Source: Gemmatimonadota bacterium
GTDB taxonomy: Bacteria > Gemmatimonadota > Gemmatimonadetes > Gemmatimonadales > GWC2-71-9
Length of the DNA stretch: 64,000 nt
Direction: 5' to 3'
Assembly (NCBI GenBank): GCA_036679605.1
Contig: JAZDCZ010000419.1
Location: 1-64,000 of the forward strand
Below are positions 9,234 through 19,639 of the stretch, piece by piece. How positions within the stretch are numbered: position 1 is the stretch's first letter; the number at the start of each line of letters is the position of its first letter. Below the pieces are notes generated by a model. The model was not told the DNA's origin. It saw nothing but the letters and a program-made list of their open reading frames with translations, and ran no database searches. A program made the translations under genes and the position numbers.

Positions 9234-10211
9234 CTAGATATCACCGTCCAGCACACGCTTCAACGTGGCCCTATCGATGTTGCCACCTGACAAGATGACT
9301 CCCACCTTTTTACCCGCGAGTTCGTCGCGCAACTTGAACACTCCGGCCAACCCCGCGGCACCTGCCCCCTCAACCAGGTTGTGAGTAGTGCTGAGCAATG
9401 TTCTAAGGGCCTCAGCGATCTCAGAATCGGTAACCGTCACAAACCCGGCGAGTCCAGCGCGCAACGCACCGAACGTCATCTCAGCTGGACTGCGGGTCGC
9501 GATACCGTCCGCAAAGGTCGTGGCACTCGGACTAGTAATGGGATGACCCGCCCGCCACGACTCGTAGAGGCCCGATGCACCCTCGGCTTGCACTCCGTAT
9601 ACGCGAACCTCCGGCCGTAGCTCACGGACAACCGCCAACGCACCCACTGATTGCGAACCGCCACCTATGGCAATAACAAGTGCATCGATCTCGGGCTCTG
9701 CTTCGACAATCTCCAGGGCAATCGTACCTGCACCGGCAAGCACGTACTTGTTGTTTGTGGAGTGAACAAGCGTGAGGCCGCGCTCTGCAACTATCCTGTC
9801 AACCGCAACCAGCGTGTCATCGTAATCGTCACCGACCTCGATCAGCTCGGCGCCGAGCCCGCGCATGGCCTCGTTCTTGTCCTCGACATTCCCGTGTGGC
9901 ACGCAGATGGTAACCGAAATGCCTAGCGCCTGGCCCGCGAAGGCCAATCCCTGACCATGATTGCCGCGAGTGCCCGCCACCACTCCCCTGCCGCGTTCTT
10001 CATCGCCCAACATGGTGAGAGCCGAGAAAGCGTTGCGCACCTTGAACGCGTTGGTAGGGTTGTGGTTCTCGTGTTTGACCAGCACGTGTACGTTAGACCC
10101 CACCGCGGCATCGAGGGTCGGATACGAGCGCAGCGCGGTGGGTCTTAGAAAAGGCTGGATGCGCTCGCGTGCCGCCTTCACGTCGGACAAATCAATTGGC
10201 CAGATCGACAC
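9234..10211 (-). CDS. PLP-dependent threonine/serine dehydratase family protein
   Basis: KHENHNPTNAFKVR, TRGNHGQG, ADGIATR, LSGGNID. GTG start at 10211 inferred. Confidence 0.88.
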   Translation of the reverse strand: MSIWPIDLSDVKAARERIQPFLRPTALRSYPTLDAAVGSNVHVLVKHENHNPTNAFKVRNAFSALTMLGDEERGRGVVAGTRGNHGQGLAFAGQALGISVTICVPHGNVEDKNEAMRGLGAELIEVGDDYDDTLVAVDRIVAERGLTLVHSTNNKYVLAGAGTIALEIVEAEPEIDALVIAIGGGSQSVGALAVVRELRPEVRVYGVQAEGASGLYESWRAGHPITSPSATTFADGIATRSPAEMTFGALRAGLAGFVTVTDSEIAEALRTLLSTTHNLVEGAGAAGLAGVFKLRDELAGKKVGVILSGGNIDRATLKRVLDGDI

Positions 10212-10314
10212 CGTTGTCTGTTGCCCCGTCGGTTCGTGTTTTTCGTTGTACTGCCTGCGCTTCCAGCCGCGCCTACTCAAGATGAAAGATCGGCCGACAT
10301 TGCGCGAGGGGTGC

Positions 10315-11829
10315 ATGAATGATAGGGTCCATCGGGATCCTACCATGACAGAAAATAATTTTGCCGAGCGTTTGGAGAATCTAAAGCTGCCTCCCACTAG
10401 TCTGGTTGGTATGCTGCGGCACTTCGGTCCTGGTGTCATCTTGATGATGACCGGGATAGGCACCAGTCATTTGATTACGGCACCTACTGCTGGAGGCCGA
10501 TTTGCCTACGCGCTGCTGTGGTGCGTCCCCATAGCGTACGTCTTCAAGTACTACGGCTTTGAGATGGCCTTTCGTTTCACAGGAGCTACCGGCAAGAGTT
10601 TGATCGAGGCGTACGCTACGTCCTGGAAGAAGTGGCCTCTGTGGTACGTACTCATCACCACGATCATCCAAAGCGCGATCGGTCAGGCCGGCCGGCTCAT
10701 AGCCGCCTCAGCGGTGCTGTATTTCCTGCTTTCATCGTGGGGTGGACTCGGTATCCCGATCGCGATCTACGGCCTGTTTCTGGGAGTGCTTGCGGTTGGA
10801 ATATTACTCAAGGGAAAGTACGCTGCCGTTGAATGGACGACCAAGATTCTAGCGTTGATTCTGTTTGTCTCAACCGGCGTGGTTTTTTTCGTGCAACCCG
10901 CCCCTCTCTCGGCTCTGCCGCACTTCTTCCAGTTTGACACGCCACAGGGCTCTTGGCTCATCATTGCGGCATTCCTCGGTCTCCTGCCGACGGGGATGGA
11001 CGTTTCGCTGCAAGCGTCGGAATGGGGCAAGGCCAAGAAGACCGGAATGGGGAGAATCAGGGACGACCTGGAGGCAAGCGGATTCGCGACATCGTTCGAT
11101 CCGTTCTCGCCGGAGAAGAGCCACATCACCGTCGATACGTCAAAGCTGCCGGCGCACGCGAGAGAGTATTGCAACAGATGGTTCAAGATTGGCCTGTGGG
11201 ATTTCCGGATGGGACACATAGTTTCGTTCTTGCTGGCCTGCGTGTTTCTTCTGTTGGCGGCAGTGTGGCTATATCCCAGCGATGTGGAAGGGCGCGCGGT
11301 GATGGGAGAGATAGCGCGAATATTCACGGACAGCGTCGGCCCGTGGATGATGGTCGTGTTTCTATTTGGGGCCTTTGCCGCCACGTTCTCCACCGCATTC
11401 AACTACTTTGACGGCTGGCCTCGTCTGGTCGGAGCCTGCTGCCGCAATCTTTTCAAGCGAACTGCCGACCTAAGCGGTACGGCTCCCGAAGACCTAACGG
11501 TAGAGCACAGATCAAAGTGGTACTCGGAATACAACATTTACAGAATGACCATGTTCTTCTCCCTGGTCGCGGCCGTGTCCATCATCGCCGGAATTCCACG
11601 ACCCGTCTTTTTGGTGCTGGTCGCTTCGGCGTTGGCGTTCTTCATTGCGCCGGTAATCTTCTTCTTGAACCTCTACTATTGCCTTACGATCATTCCCAAG
11701 GACGACAAGAAGTTTTATCCGTCGCCGTTCGCCAAGTGGTTCGGTTGGGGAAGTTTCGTGGTGTTTACCGGCCTGACAGTCATCCTGATCATGGCGCGAG
11801 TGTTCAAGATCGAGTTGTTCGGGGCGTGA
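10315..11829 (+). CDS. Nramp/APC-superfamily membrane transporter
   Basis: FGPGVILMMTGIGTSHL..PTAGGRFAY, ATFST..DGWPR, about 11 hydrophobic segments. Confidence 0.8.
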   Translation: MNDRVHRDPTMTENNFAERLENLKLPPTSLVGMLRHFGPGVILMMTGIGTSHLITAPTAGGRFAYALLWCVPIAYVFKYYGFEMAFRFTGATGKSLIEAYATSWKKWPLWYVLITTIIQSAIGQAGRLIAASAVLYFLLSSWGGLGIPIAIYGLFLGVLAVGILLKGKYAAVEWTTKILALILFVSTGVVFFVQPAPLSALPHFFQFDTPQGSWLIIAAFLGLLPTGMDVSLQASEWGKAKKTGMGRIRDDLEASGFATSFDPFSPEKSHITVDTSKLPAHAREYCNRWFKIGLWDFRMGHIVSFLLACVFLLLAAVWLYPSDVEGRAVMGEIARIFTDSVGPWMMVVFLFGAFAATFSTAFNYFDGWPRLVGACCRNLFKRTADLSGTAPEDLTVEHRSKWYSEYNIYRMTMFFSLVAAVSIIAGIPRPVFLVLVASALAFFIAPVIFFLNLYYCLTIIPKDDKKFYPSPFAKWFGWGSFVVFTGLTVILIMARVFKIELFGA

Positions 11830-11845
11830 GTTTACCTCAACCCGC

Positions 11846-12823
11846 TTATTGCGCCAAACCCTGACTCAGTAGTTTCGTCAGCGCGTAAACCGCATCGATC
11901 GACGGCGTGGCTGTGTTGGTCAGGCGACCCAACTCTGCAATGACTCCGACGAGAGCCTCCGTTTCCAACGCGCGGCCCAACTCAGCGTCCTGTAGCATTG
12001 ATGTTTTGTGGGCACCCACGCGCTCGGCACCATCGATCCGCTGATCGATCGTCAGCCGGAACGTGACACCCAGCTTCTCCGCTATCTCTTGAGCTTCCTT
12101 CATCATCTCGGCCGCTAGCTGCCGCGTTTCTGGAAAGGTACAGATTTCGGAAAGAGTGGCCCCCGTCAGCGCGCTTATCGGATTGAACGAGAGATTGCCC
12201 CAAGCCTTGAGCCAGATCTGGGACCTGATATCCGTTGAGACCTTTGACTTGAAACCCGCATTGGTGAACACCGCCGCAATCGCTTTGACGCGCTCGCTCT
12301 TCGAGCCGTCCAGCTCTGCGACAGGGAAGCGATTGCCCTCCACGTGTTTGATCACACCGGGCTTCGGCTTTTCGCATGCTGGGTAGGCTATGCTGCCGAT
12401 GATGCTGTCGTACGGGAGGTGCTTTTCAATGACTCCATCGAGATCCAGCGATCGCAAGCGCGTTCCCTCCAGTTCGCCTCCGAGCTTGTGGAAGTACCAC
12501 CAAGGAATGCCGTTCTGAACGGTTACAAGTACCGTGTCTGGGCCGAGTAGCCCGGCCATTCCTGCGGCTACGCCGGCGATCTGGTGTGCCTTCAACGCCA
12601 GGATGACGATTTCTGTGGGTCCAACCTCTGTGAAATCGTCGGTCGCCTTGGCATCGCGCGCGACCAGTTCGGTACCGTCCTGCATGATGAGCCTCAGGCC
12701 ATCTTGCTGGATGGCGGCCAGATGCGGTCCACGTGCTATGAGGGTCACATCTTCCCCCGCCAGGGAGAGCTTGGCCCCCATGAACCCTCCAATGGCTCCC
12801 GCGCCCACTACACAGATCCTCAT
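11846..12823 (-). CDS. 2-dehydropantoate 2-reductase family (PanE/ApbA-like)
   Basis: GAGAIGG, VQNGIPWWYF, WGNLSFNPISAL, HKTSMLQD. Confidence 0.9.
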   Translation of the reverse strand: MRICVVGAGAIGGFMGAKLSLAGEDVTLIARGPHLAAIQQDGLRLIMQDGTELVARDAKATDDFTEVGPTEIVILALKAHQIAGVAAGMAGLLGPDTVLVTVQNGIPWWYFHKLGGELEGTRLRSLDLDGVIEKHLPYDSIIGSIAYPACEKPKPGVIKHVEGNRFPVAELDGSKSERVKAIAAVFTNAGFKSKVSTDIRSQIWLKAWGNLSFNPISALTGATLSEICTFPETRQLAAEMMKEAQEIAEKLGVTFRLTIDQRIDGAERVGAHKTSMLQDAELGRALETEALVGVIAELGRLTNTATPSIDAVYALTKLLSQGLAQ

Positions 12824-12857
12824 GCACGCTCCTCTTGGCCAACAGACCCGCTAAGTT

Positions 12858-12914
12858 CCGGCCTTGAAAAGGCCGGCTCGGCGGCGCTTCGCGCCGACAC
12901 GCCCTGAAGGGCGT
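12858..12914. repeat. Cluster of three small hairpins including a GCTCGGC-tagged REP-like unit
   Basis: CCGGCCTT-GA-AAAGGCCGG-CTCGGC, CGGCGC-TTC-GCGCCG and ACGCCCT-GA-AGGGCGT. Confidence 0.6.
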
Positions 12915-12987
12915 TAACCTGGCAATTTCCACGTGAACCATAATATTGGACGATCACACGAATAGCGATGCCTCACAGTTGGAAAAT

Positions 12988-14385
12988 ATGGAAAACATCT
13001 TCGATCTCTTAACAGCCGCTGAGCCCAAAAACACTGCCATACTGGCTCCAGGCATCGAGCCGCTCAACTACGGGGACCTCGTCAATATCGTTGATCGACT
13101 GGCCGGCCAACTCAACACTCTGGGAATATCACGGGGTGACCGAGTTGCAATCGTGTTGCCGAACGGCCCGGAGATGGCCGTGACCTTCCTAGCGGTAGCT
13201 AGTTGCTCGACCGCGGCTCCACTGAATCCCAAGTACCGCGAAGATGAGTTTCGATTCTATATGGAGGACCTGGGAGCCAAGGCACTCATCACGTTGGGCG
13301 ACGATGCAACGGCGGCCCATGCAGCAGCACCGGCAAACATTCTGCGACTATCTCTGGACGCCGGTCTACATGAGCTGCGGTTCCGTGTGTCCGGTAAAAT
13401 CCCTGACGCCGGTGAACCCCACTACGCGAACTCGGACGATGAGGCGTTGGTGCTGCACACATCCGGCACCACCTCGCGTCCCAAGATCGTGCCGCTCAAG
13501 CAACGCAACATCATCGCGTCCACGCGCAACATCGTCGCCTCGTTAGCACTCGAACCATCGGATCGATGCATGAACGTGATGCCCCTGTTTCACATTCACG
13601 GCTTGATGGCAGGACTATTGTCACCGCTGGCTTCCGGCGGGTCGGTCGCATGCACACCGGGCTTCGACCCGTTCAAGTTCTTCCAGTGGTTGAACGACCA
13701 GGTGATTCTGGCCCGCGCCAAAAAAGCCGCCGATATCCTACAGCGCTCGCGACTGAGGTTTGTCAGGTCTTCGTCAGCATCGATGCCCAAGATAGTGATC
13801 GAAGAAATCAAGCGCGTCTTCGGCGTGCCGTTGATCGAGGCGTACGGCATGACGGAGGCCTCGCATCAGATGGCGAGCAATCCGCTACCACCAGCTGAAC
13901 AAAAGCCCGGTTCCGTAGGTGTCGGCACCGGCATCGATATCGCGATCATGAGCGAGAACGGAGACTTGCTGAGTACGGGCGAGTGCGGAGAGGTCGTCAT
14001 AAGGGGCAAGACTGTCATTATCGGCTACGAGAACAACCCCGAAGCCAACGCCAAAGGATTCACTGACGGCTGGTTCCGCACCGGTGACCAAGGCTATCTG
14101 GACGACGATAGCTATCTGTTTCTAACCGGCCGGCTGAAGGAGATCATCAACCGCGGCGGCGAGAAGGTCAGCCCGTTAGAGGTGGACGAAGTGCTACTGC
14201 GCCACCCGGCGATAGGACAAGCTGCCGAACGGGAAGTGCGCGACTTTGCGGCCGAGCATCTTACCGACTTCAAGGTCCCACGCAAGGTCGTGTTCTTGGA
14301 GGAGATCCCCAAGGGCCCGACGGGCAAGATGCAGCGGATCGGCCTGGCCGAGCGCCTGGGAGTTGGCGGCAAAACTGGGCGGTAA
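12988..14385 (+). pseudogene. Acyl-CoA synthetase (oxalate--CoA ligase-like) with two in-frame internal deletions
   Basis: HTSGTTSRPK, EAYGMTE, GWFRTGD, RGGEKVSP and PTGKMQR are present. The VPTM segment and the G.P...LGE...A.VV segment are missing compared with the paralog at 49543-51105. Confidence 0.7.
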
Positions 14386-14423
14386 GAACGGGCGGGAGAA
14401 CAGGGCGGTATGGATATTTCTGT

Positions 14424-14451
14424 CGCTTCCCGCTTCCCGCTCCCCGCTCCC
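14424..14451. repeat. Short heptamer tandem repeat (CGCTYCC)x4 between convergent genes
   Basis: cgcttcc cgcttcc cgctccc cgctccc. Confidence 0.7.
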
Positions 14452-14456
14452 CACTG

Positions 14457-16250
14457 TCACCGCCGTTCATACACAACTCTTCCCCCAACTATCGTATACA
14501 ACACCTTCGCATCCAGCAGCTTTGCCGGATCGCTCTTGCCCACCTCGATTAGATCGGTGTCGAATACCGCAATGTCGGCCAGTTTGCCAAGGGTGAGCGT
14601 ACCTTTGATGTCTTCCTCGAACGACGCCCACGCCGAAGTCTTGGTATAGGCCTCAATCGCTTCTTCGATTGTAAGGCGCTGATCCGGGAACCACCCCCCC
14701 TCGGGTTCGCCGTTCAAAGTCTGCCGCGTTACCGCCGCATACAGCCCATAGACCGGACTCAGGAAATAACGTGCGGCATTCGTGCCAGGACTGTCGCTCC
14801 CAAACACGAGTACCGCCCCGGCGTTCTTGAGATCGCGGAACGCGTACGCTCCTTTGGAGCGCTCGTGTCCGATACGCTCTTCCATCCAGCGCATGTCGTC
14901 CGTCACATGATACGGATTCACCTCGGCAACGAGATTTAGTCGGCCAAAGCGTGGGAAATCGGCTGGGTCTAGAACCTGTGCATGGATCACGCGCCAGCGA
15001 TGGTCCTTGTCCACCATGTCGGCCTCGGTGAGCACCTTTTCATACAGATCCAGAATGATCCGAACGCCCTTGTCACCGATGGCGTGCACGTGCGGCGGGA
15101 GTCCGGTGGGTATCGACGCCTTCAACAACTTCTCGAGGTTGCCTTCGGGGAAATCCGTGTATTTCTGGCTTCTGGACATCGAGAGAGCAGCACCCTTCCG
15201 GCCCTCCGGAAGCATGATCTGGCGCACTATGCCGAAGTTTCCGGGAGCGTGGTCGTATTCCTCGAAGAACATGGCGCTACTGCCACCCATGATTCCGTCG
15301 ACCCACGCCTTGTAGCCAATGAACTTGAGCCAATCGTCACCGAAACCCTGCGACAAACCGAGTGCACTGGTGTGCGTGACGTTGTCCAGCGAAGGACGTA
15401 TCATGATCCTTGTGGTCAGCTCTCCGCGGCCTTGGAGTTCTTGATACGCACGGAGCTGGTCCGCCGATGTGATGTCCTGGATGGTGGTAACACCACCCTC
15501 ACGTGCCTCTTGAAGCACCGCACGAACCTGAACGAGCCGTTGATCGAACGGCGTCGGTGGGATAACCTCGCGCACCAAAGCGACGGCGGACCCACGCAGA
15601 ATGCCGGTCAGCTTTCCGGAAGCATCTTTCTCGATTGTGCCACCTTCTGGAGTCCTTGTTCGTTCGGTAATGCCCGCAAGCTCCAACGCCACACTATTGG
15701 CGAGAAACATGCTACGGTCGAAACGATTCAACAGCACCGGGTGGTCGGATGAAATGTCATCAATCAGACTGCGGCTCGGAGTGAATGGACCACTCGCCGT
15801 GGTGGCACTTCCCTCCTCTCCGCTCGAACCCTGAGACCACTGTTCGTAGGCTCCCCAGTCGCCACGGGTAATCCAACTGCCTTTGGGTAGCCGTTGAGTG
15901 GCAGCTTGGACTCGCTGCTTGAATGCGTCCGGTTTGTGAACGTCAAGCAGATTCACGCCAGTCAATAATGCACCCGTCGACTGGACGTGTACGTGGCTGT
16001 CGTTGAAACCTGGAAGAGCGAAAGCACCGCGGAGATCGATAGCTCGCGTCCCCGATCCGACCAAACGTCTGATCTCGCCGTTCGACCCGACGGCAATGAT
16101 TCGCTCGCCCTTGATCGCGATCGCTTGAGCCCATGGATTGGACTCGTCGAGCGCATAGACGCGTCCGTTGGTGAGGACCAGATCCGCGTATTCAGGGGGG
16201 CCACACGCGGTGACAAAGACGGCGATTGCGACGGTAAGGAAACGGCTCAT
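14457..16250 (-). CDS. Amidohydrolase 3 family lipoprotein
   Basis: PGFNDSHVH, HAIGD, HAQ, FGSD, GKLADIAV. Lipobox VTAC. Start MSRFL. Confidence 0.88.
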   Translation of the reverse strand: MSRFLTVAIAVFVTACGPPEYADLVLTNGRVYALDESNPWAQAIAIKGERIIAVGSNGEIRRLVGSGTRAIDLRGAFALPGFNDSHVHVQSTGALLTGVNLLDVHKPDAFKQRVQAATQRLPKGSWITRGDWGAYEQWSQGSSGEEGSATTASGPFTPSRSLIDDISSDHPVLLNRFDRSMFLANSVALELAGITERTRTPEGGTIEKDASGKLTGILRGSAVALVREVIPPTPFDQRLVQVRAVLQEAREGGVTTIQDITSADQLRAYQELQGRGELTTRIMIRPSLDNVTHTSALGLSQGFGDDWLKFIGYKAWVDGIMGGSSAMFFEEYDHAPGNFGIVRQIMLPEGRKGAALSMSRSQKYTDFPEGNLEKLLKASIPTGLPPHVHAIGDKGVRIILDLYEKVLTEADMVDKDHRWRVIHAQVLDPADFPRFGRLNLVAEVNPYHVTDDMRWMEERIGHERSKGAYAFRDLKNAGAVLVFGSDSPGTNAARYFLSPVYGLYAAVTRQTLNGEPEGGWFPDQRLTIEEAIEAYTKTSAWASFEEDIKGTLTLGKLADIAVFDTDLIEVGKSDPAKLLDAKVLYTIVGGRVVYERR

Positions 16251-16315
16251 CTCTGGCACCCCTGCGGTAATGACACCGCAAAGATACCGGCGGTACCACA
16301 ACGGCTCAAGTCTCC

Positions 16316-16339
16316 GCCGAGCCGCGAGTTTACTCGTGG
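16316..16339. repeat. REP-like unit GCCGAGCCGCGAGTTTACTCGTGG
   Basis: Identical to 19807-19830 and 2 mismatches from 19018-19041. Confidence 0.8.
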
Positions 16340-17634
16340 TCACACCCCGATAACGATCCCCACGATCACCGCCGTGGCACTCAGTACCACGAGGATCAGA
16401 TACAGCGGAATCGCGAACGCAAACCACTTCTCGTAGCGCACACCGCCTGTCGCGAGGATCGCCATGAGCGCGCCGTTGGTTGGCGTCAGAAGATCACACA
16501 GGCCGGCACCGTACTGATAGGCAAGAACCGTCACCTGACGCGAGAGCCCCAGTAGGTCCGACAGCGGAACCAGCACCGGCATCGTAAGCACTGCATGACC
16601 GCTTACGCTCGGCACTGGCACGTGGACCGCCGTGTGGGCCACCATCATGCCGAGGGCCGAAAGTGCCACGGGCAAGTTCGCAATAGGGGTGAACATGCCG
16701 TGCACGATCGTGTCCACGATCTGGCCTTGATCGAGCACGACGAAAATGGCGCGCGCGAATCCAATGAGCAGCGCGGCAAAGGCCATCGACTTGAACCCCG
16801 CTACGAAGGCCTCGGCGGTTCCTCTCACGCGGAGTCCGCCGACCAGGCCCGCAACAATCCCCATCATAAAGAACAGCGCAGACATCTGATCGAAATCCCA
16901 ACCCAATCGGAGAATGCCAAACACGAGGACCGCGAAGGTCGTGACTACCAATGCTAAGATTAGTCCACTCCGACCGCCGATCGATCTGGTTTCCTCCGCG
17001 TCGTCCAGTGCTGGCTCAGTTCGCGTGCGCGCGGCGTAGCGCATCGGAACATTCCGCCCGACAGTAACGGCAGCTCTGCCAGTTTCTGTGCGATGCCTAC
17101 CTGGAACGGGTTTATGGGACTGAACGAAGACCCCACGAAGGCGGCACCGGCGGACATCGCGACGGCAACAAGAGAGTCGAATCCAAGTCGTCGGGTGAGA
17201 ATGAGTAGAACGGGGATGAGTGCAATTATCTCCTCCTGCATATTCTCCAAAGCGCCCGCCGTTGCAAAGAAGATCGAGATCACGGGAATGACCAGTATCT
17301 CGCGGCGGCCGAGTATACCGACCAGCCAGCTCACGGCATCGCGCAACGCGCCTGTCATATCGACGACAGTGAACGCCCCACCGATGAGAAAGACGAGAAA
17401 CACCACATCGGCCGCATCGGCCAAGCCCTTGGGAATGGCGACTATGGCCTGAAACAATCCCACTGGCCTCGGAGCCACCTCGTGATACGTTCCGGCCACA
17501 ACCACACTCCGGCCGGTCGCCTCGTCGTTGGCCCGTTCGTATTTCCCGGCGGGAAGAACATAGCTCAGCGCCGCGGCGATTAGGATGCAGCCGAACAGAA
17601 GTGCGAGCGGGTGTGGGAACCACGACTTGGACAA
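16340..17634 (-). pseudogene. YfcC/DcuC-like transporter split by a frameshifting deletion near 17044
   Basis: The N-half (FPHPLALL...SPINPFQVGIAQKLAELPLLSGGMFR) and C-half (MRYAART...PVPSVSGHAVLTMP..YQYGAGL..PTNG) are in different frames. One transmembrane helix appears to be missing. Confidence 0.8.
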
Positions 17635-17846
17635 TTTCAGTCTTTCAATGGACGTTTCGGTGGTTCAACCAACATACCGGTGCGGTATGGGGCCACAAGG
17701 CCCCCCTACCAGGGGCGGGCCGAGCTGTCGCACCTTGTGCCTTTCGCTGCTAACGCACATATCCATAGCTACGAAACACGACACTCAATATTGACATCCA
17801 TTTGCTGGCAGAGCCCCAAGTTCCGTCTACGACTTCAGGACGCCAT

Positions 17847-18890
17847 ATGAACGTTAGAGATTTCATCACCAAGCACTTTCGCCATTTCAACGCTGCCACG
17901 CTGGTCGACGCCGCTGACGCCTACGCCAGGCAGGTTGATGACGGCGGCAAGATGTTGGTCTCGATGGCCGGCGCCATGAGCACCGCCGAAATCGGGATGT
18001 CCCTTGCGGAAATGATTCGCCAGAACAAGGTCCATGCGATCTGCTGCACCGGGGCCAATCTCGAAGAAGACGTATTCAACCTCGTAGCGCATGATGAGTA
18101 CCGCCGAGTTCCGAATTGGCGCAACCTGACCCACGCAAACGAAAAGGAGTTTGAGGCGGCAGGGCTCAACCGAGTCACCGACACATGCATTCCGGAGGAG
18201 CAGGCGTTCAGGGCGATCGAACGACCCGTAATCAAACTGTGGCTCCAGGCACAAGAGCGTGGCGAACGGTTCTTTCCGCACGAGTTCTTGTATCAATTGA
18301 TCCGAGAGGGCACCGTCGCCGACAGTTACCAAATCGATCCGCAGGACTCGTGGCTCATCGCCGCATCCGAGAAGAACCTTCCGCTGTTCGTCGCGGGCTG
18401 GGAAGATTCGACGCTGGGAAACATCTTCGTGGCGAATGTGCTTAACGGACAGCTCGCCGGTTACCAGGTTATTCGTTCGGGACTGGAGTACATGGATGAA
18501 CTGGTACATTGGTATGCCAGCGTCACGATGGGGCGCGGCCTGGAGGAGCTACCCGATGGCACCAGGTCGGCCGCAGAGCGAGTGCGCGCCGTTCCCGCTA
18601 GCGAAGCGGAATCCACTGTCGGCTTCTTCCAGATCGGTGGAGGGATCGCCGGAGACTTTCCGATCTGCGTCGTGCCACTCATCCATCAAGATCTTAAGCT
18701 TCAGTGTCCGTACTGGAGCTACTTCTGCCAAATCAGCGACGCCACTACCAGCTTCGGAGGGTACTCGGGCGCTATTCCCTCGGAGAAGATCTCATGGGGT
18801 AAACTCGACGTGGACACACCGACTTTCGTCATCGAGTCCGATGCCACCATCGTTGTCCCTCTCATCTTTGCGCACGTGTTGGGGTGGTAG
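17847..18890 (+). CDS. Deoxyhypusine synthase family protein
   Basis: FRHFNAA, AGAMSTAE, CTGANLEED, GGGIAGDFPICVVP, SGAIPSEKISWGK. Confidence 0.92.
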   Translation: MNVRDFITKHFRHFNAATLVDAADAYARQVDDGGKMLVSMAGAMSTAEIGMSLAEMIRQNKVHAICCTGANLEEDVFNLVAHDEYRRVPNWRNLTHANEKEFEAAGLNRVTDTCIPEEQAFRAIERPVIKLWLQAQERGERFFPHEFLYQLIREGTVADSYQIDPQDSWLIAASEKNLPLFVAGWEDSTLGNIFVANVLNGQLAGYQVIRSGLEYMDELVHWYASVTMGRGLEELPDGTRSAAERVRAVPASEAESTVGFFQIGGGIAGDFPICVVPLIHQDLKLQCPYWSYFCQISDATTSFGGYSGAIPSEKISWGKLDVDTPTFVIESDATIVVPLIFAHVLGW

Positions 18891-18938
18891 ACGCAAAGAT
18901 CTTTACTACGGCTATGGTGACGTTCAAGATTCGCCGGT

Positions 18939-19041
18939 CGCGACGTGAGAGTCGCGGCTCGGCTGATGTCGCTAACAGCGACGTTCCTCCCCCGATCTCT
19001 TCCACGAAAGTCAGTTGGCCGAACCGCGAGTTTGCTCGTGG
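18939..19041. repeat. ~103-bp REPIN/BIME-like element (inverted pair of GCTCGGC-hairpin units)
   Basis: Hairpin-GCTCGGC (18939-18963), spacer with GTCGCT-AAC-AGCGAC hairpin, then GCCGAAC-hairpin (19018-19041). Confidence 0.65.
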
Positions 19042-19057
19042 GAAAATTGCCTGATCG

Positions 19058-19585
19058 TCAGTCACCGTCTCCATACTTGACGACGAGCTTCCTAACGGTC
19101 GTGATGTTGCGCACGGTGTTCGGTACCGAGCCGGTTGCCTTGGTGATCCCAGCAACGAAAAGGGGTGACTCGGTGAGCCTGCCACGAACGAACCAATAAA
19201 CCTCGCGCTTCCCAAACCGGAAACGGTCCGTAGCTGATTGGATACTGGCGAATCGGTTGCGCATCGCAGCGTCCGCGGCGACAGGCAGGAACACAACGTA
19301 GAGAGAATCGTCGCTCGGTTCTAACAAAGTTACGGCCTTCAATTCATCCAACGTGCGGATGAACGTCGCAACTTCATATCCCAGGTTCTCCTGGAGATGT
19401 TGTTCGATCCGTTTCTCGAGTTTGGATGAGCTGCGAGTGGTGCAGTTGAAGATCACGTTGCCACTGGCAATGAAGGTGCTTACGTCGGTGTACTCCAATT
19501 CTTCGAAGAGTCCTCGAAGCTTGTCCATCTTGATACGGTGGCCACCGACGTTGATTCCACGGAGCAAGGCGACATAGCGTGGCAT
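19058..19585 (-). CDS. DUF1697 family protein
   Basis: YVALLRGINVGG, TFIASGNVIF, C-terminal TVRNITTVRKL. Confidence 0.92.
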   Translation of the reverse strand: MPRYVALLRGINVGGHRIKMDKLRGLFEELEYTDVSTFIASGNVIFNCTTRSSSKLEKRIEQHLQENLGYEVATFIRTLDELKAVTLLEPSDDSLYVVFLPVAADAAMRNRFASIQSATDRFRFGKREVYWFVRGRLTESPLFVAGITKATGSVPNTVRNITTVRKLVVKYGDGD

Positions 19586-19639
19586 GGTGGCTTAGCTAGC
19601 GATTAGCCGTGTCGAAGGCCGGTTGCCTGAAGGGGACGA

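Noticed and set aside
9961..10463. Long head-to-head overlap of the dehydratase and transporter ORFs
   Set aside because: An artefact of longest-ORF starts. Family similarity begins near 10211 and 10315.
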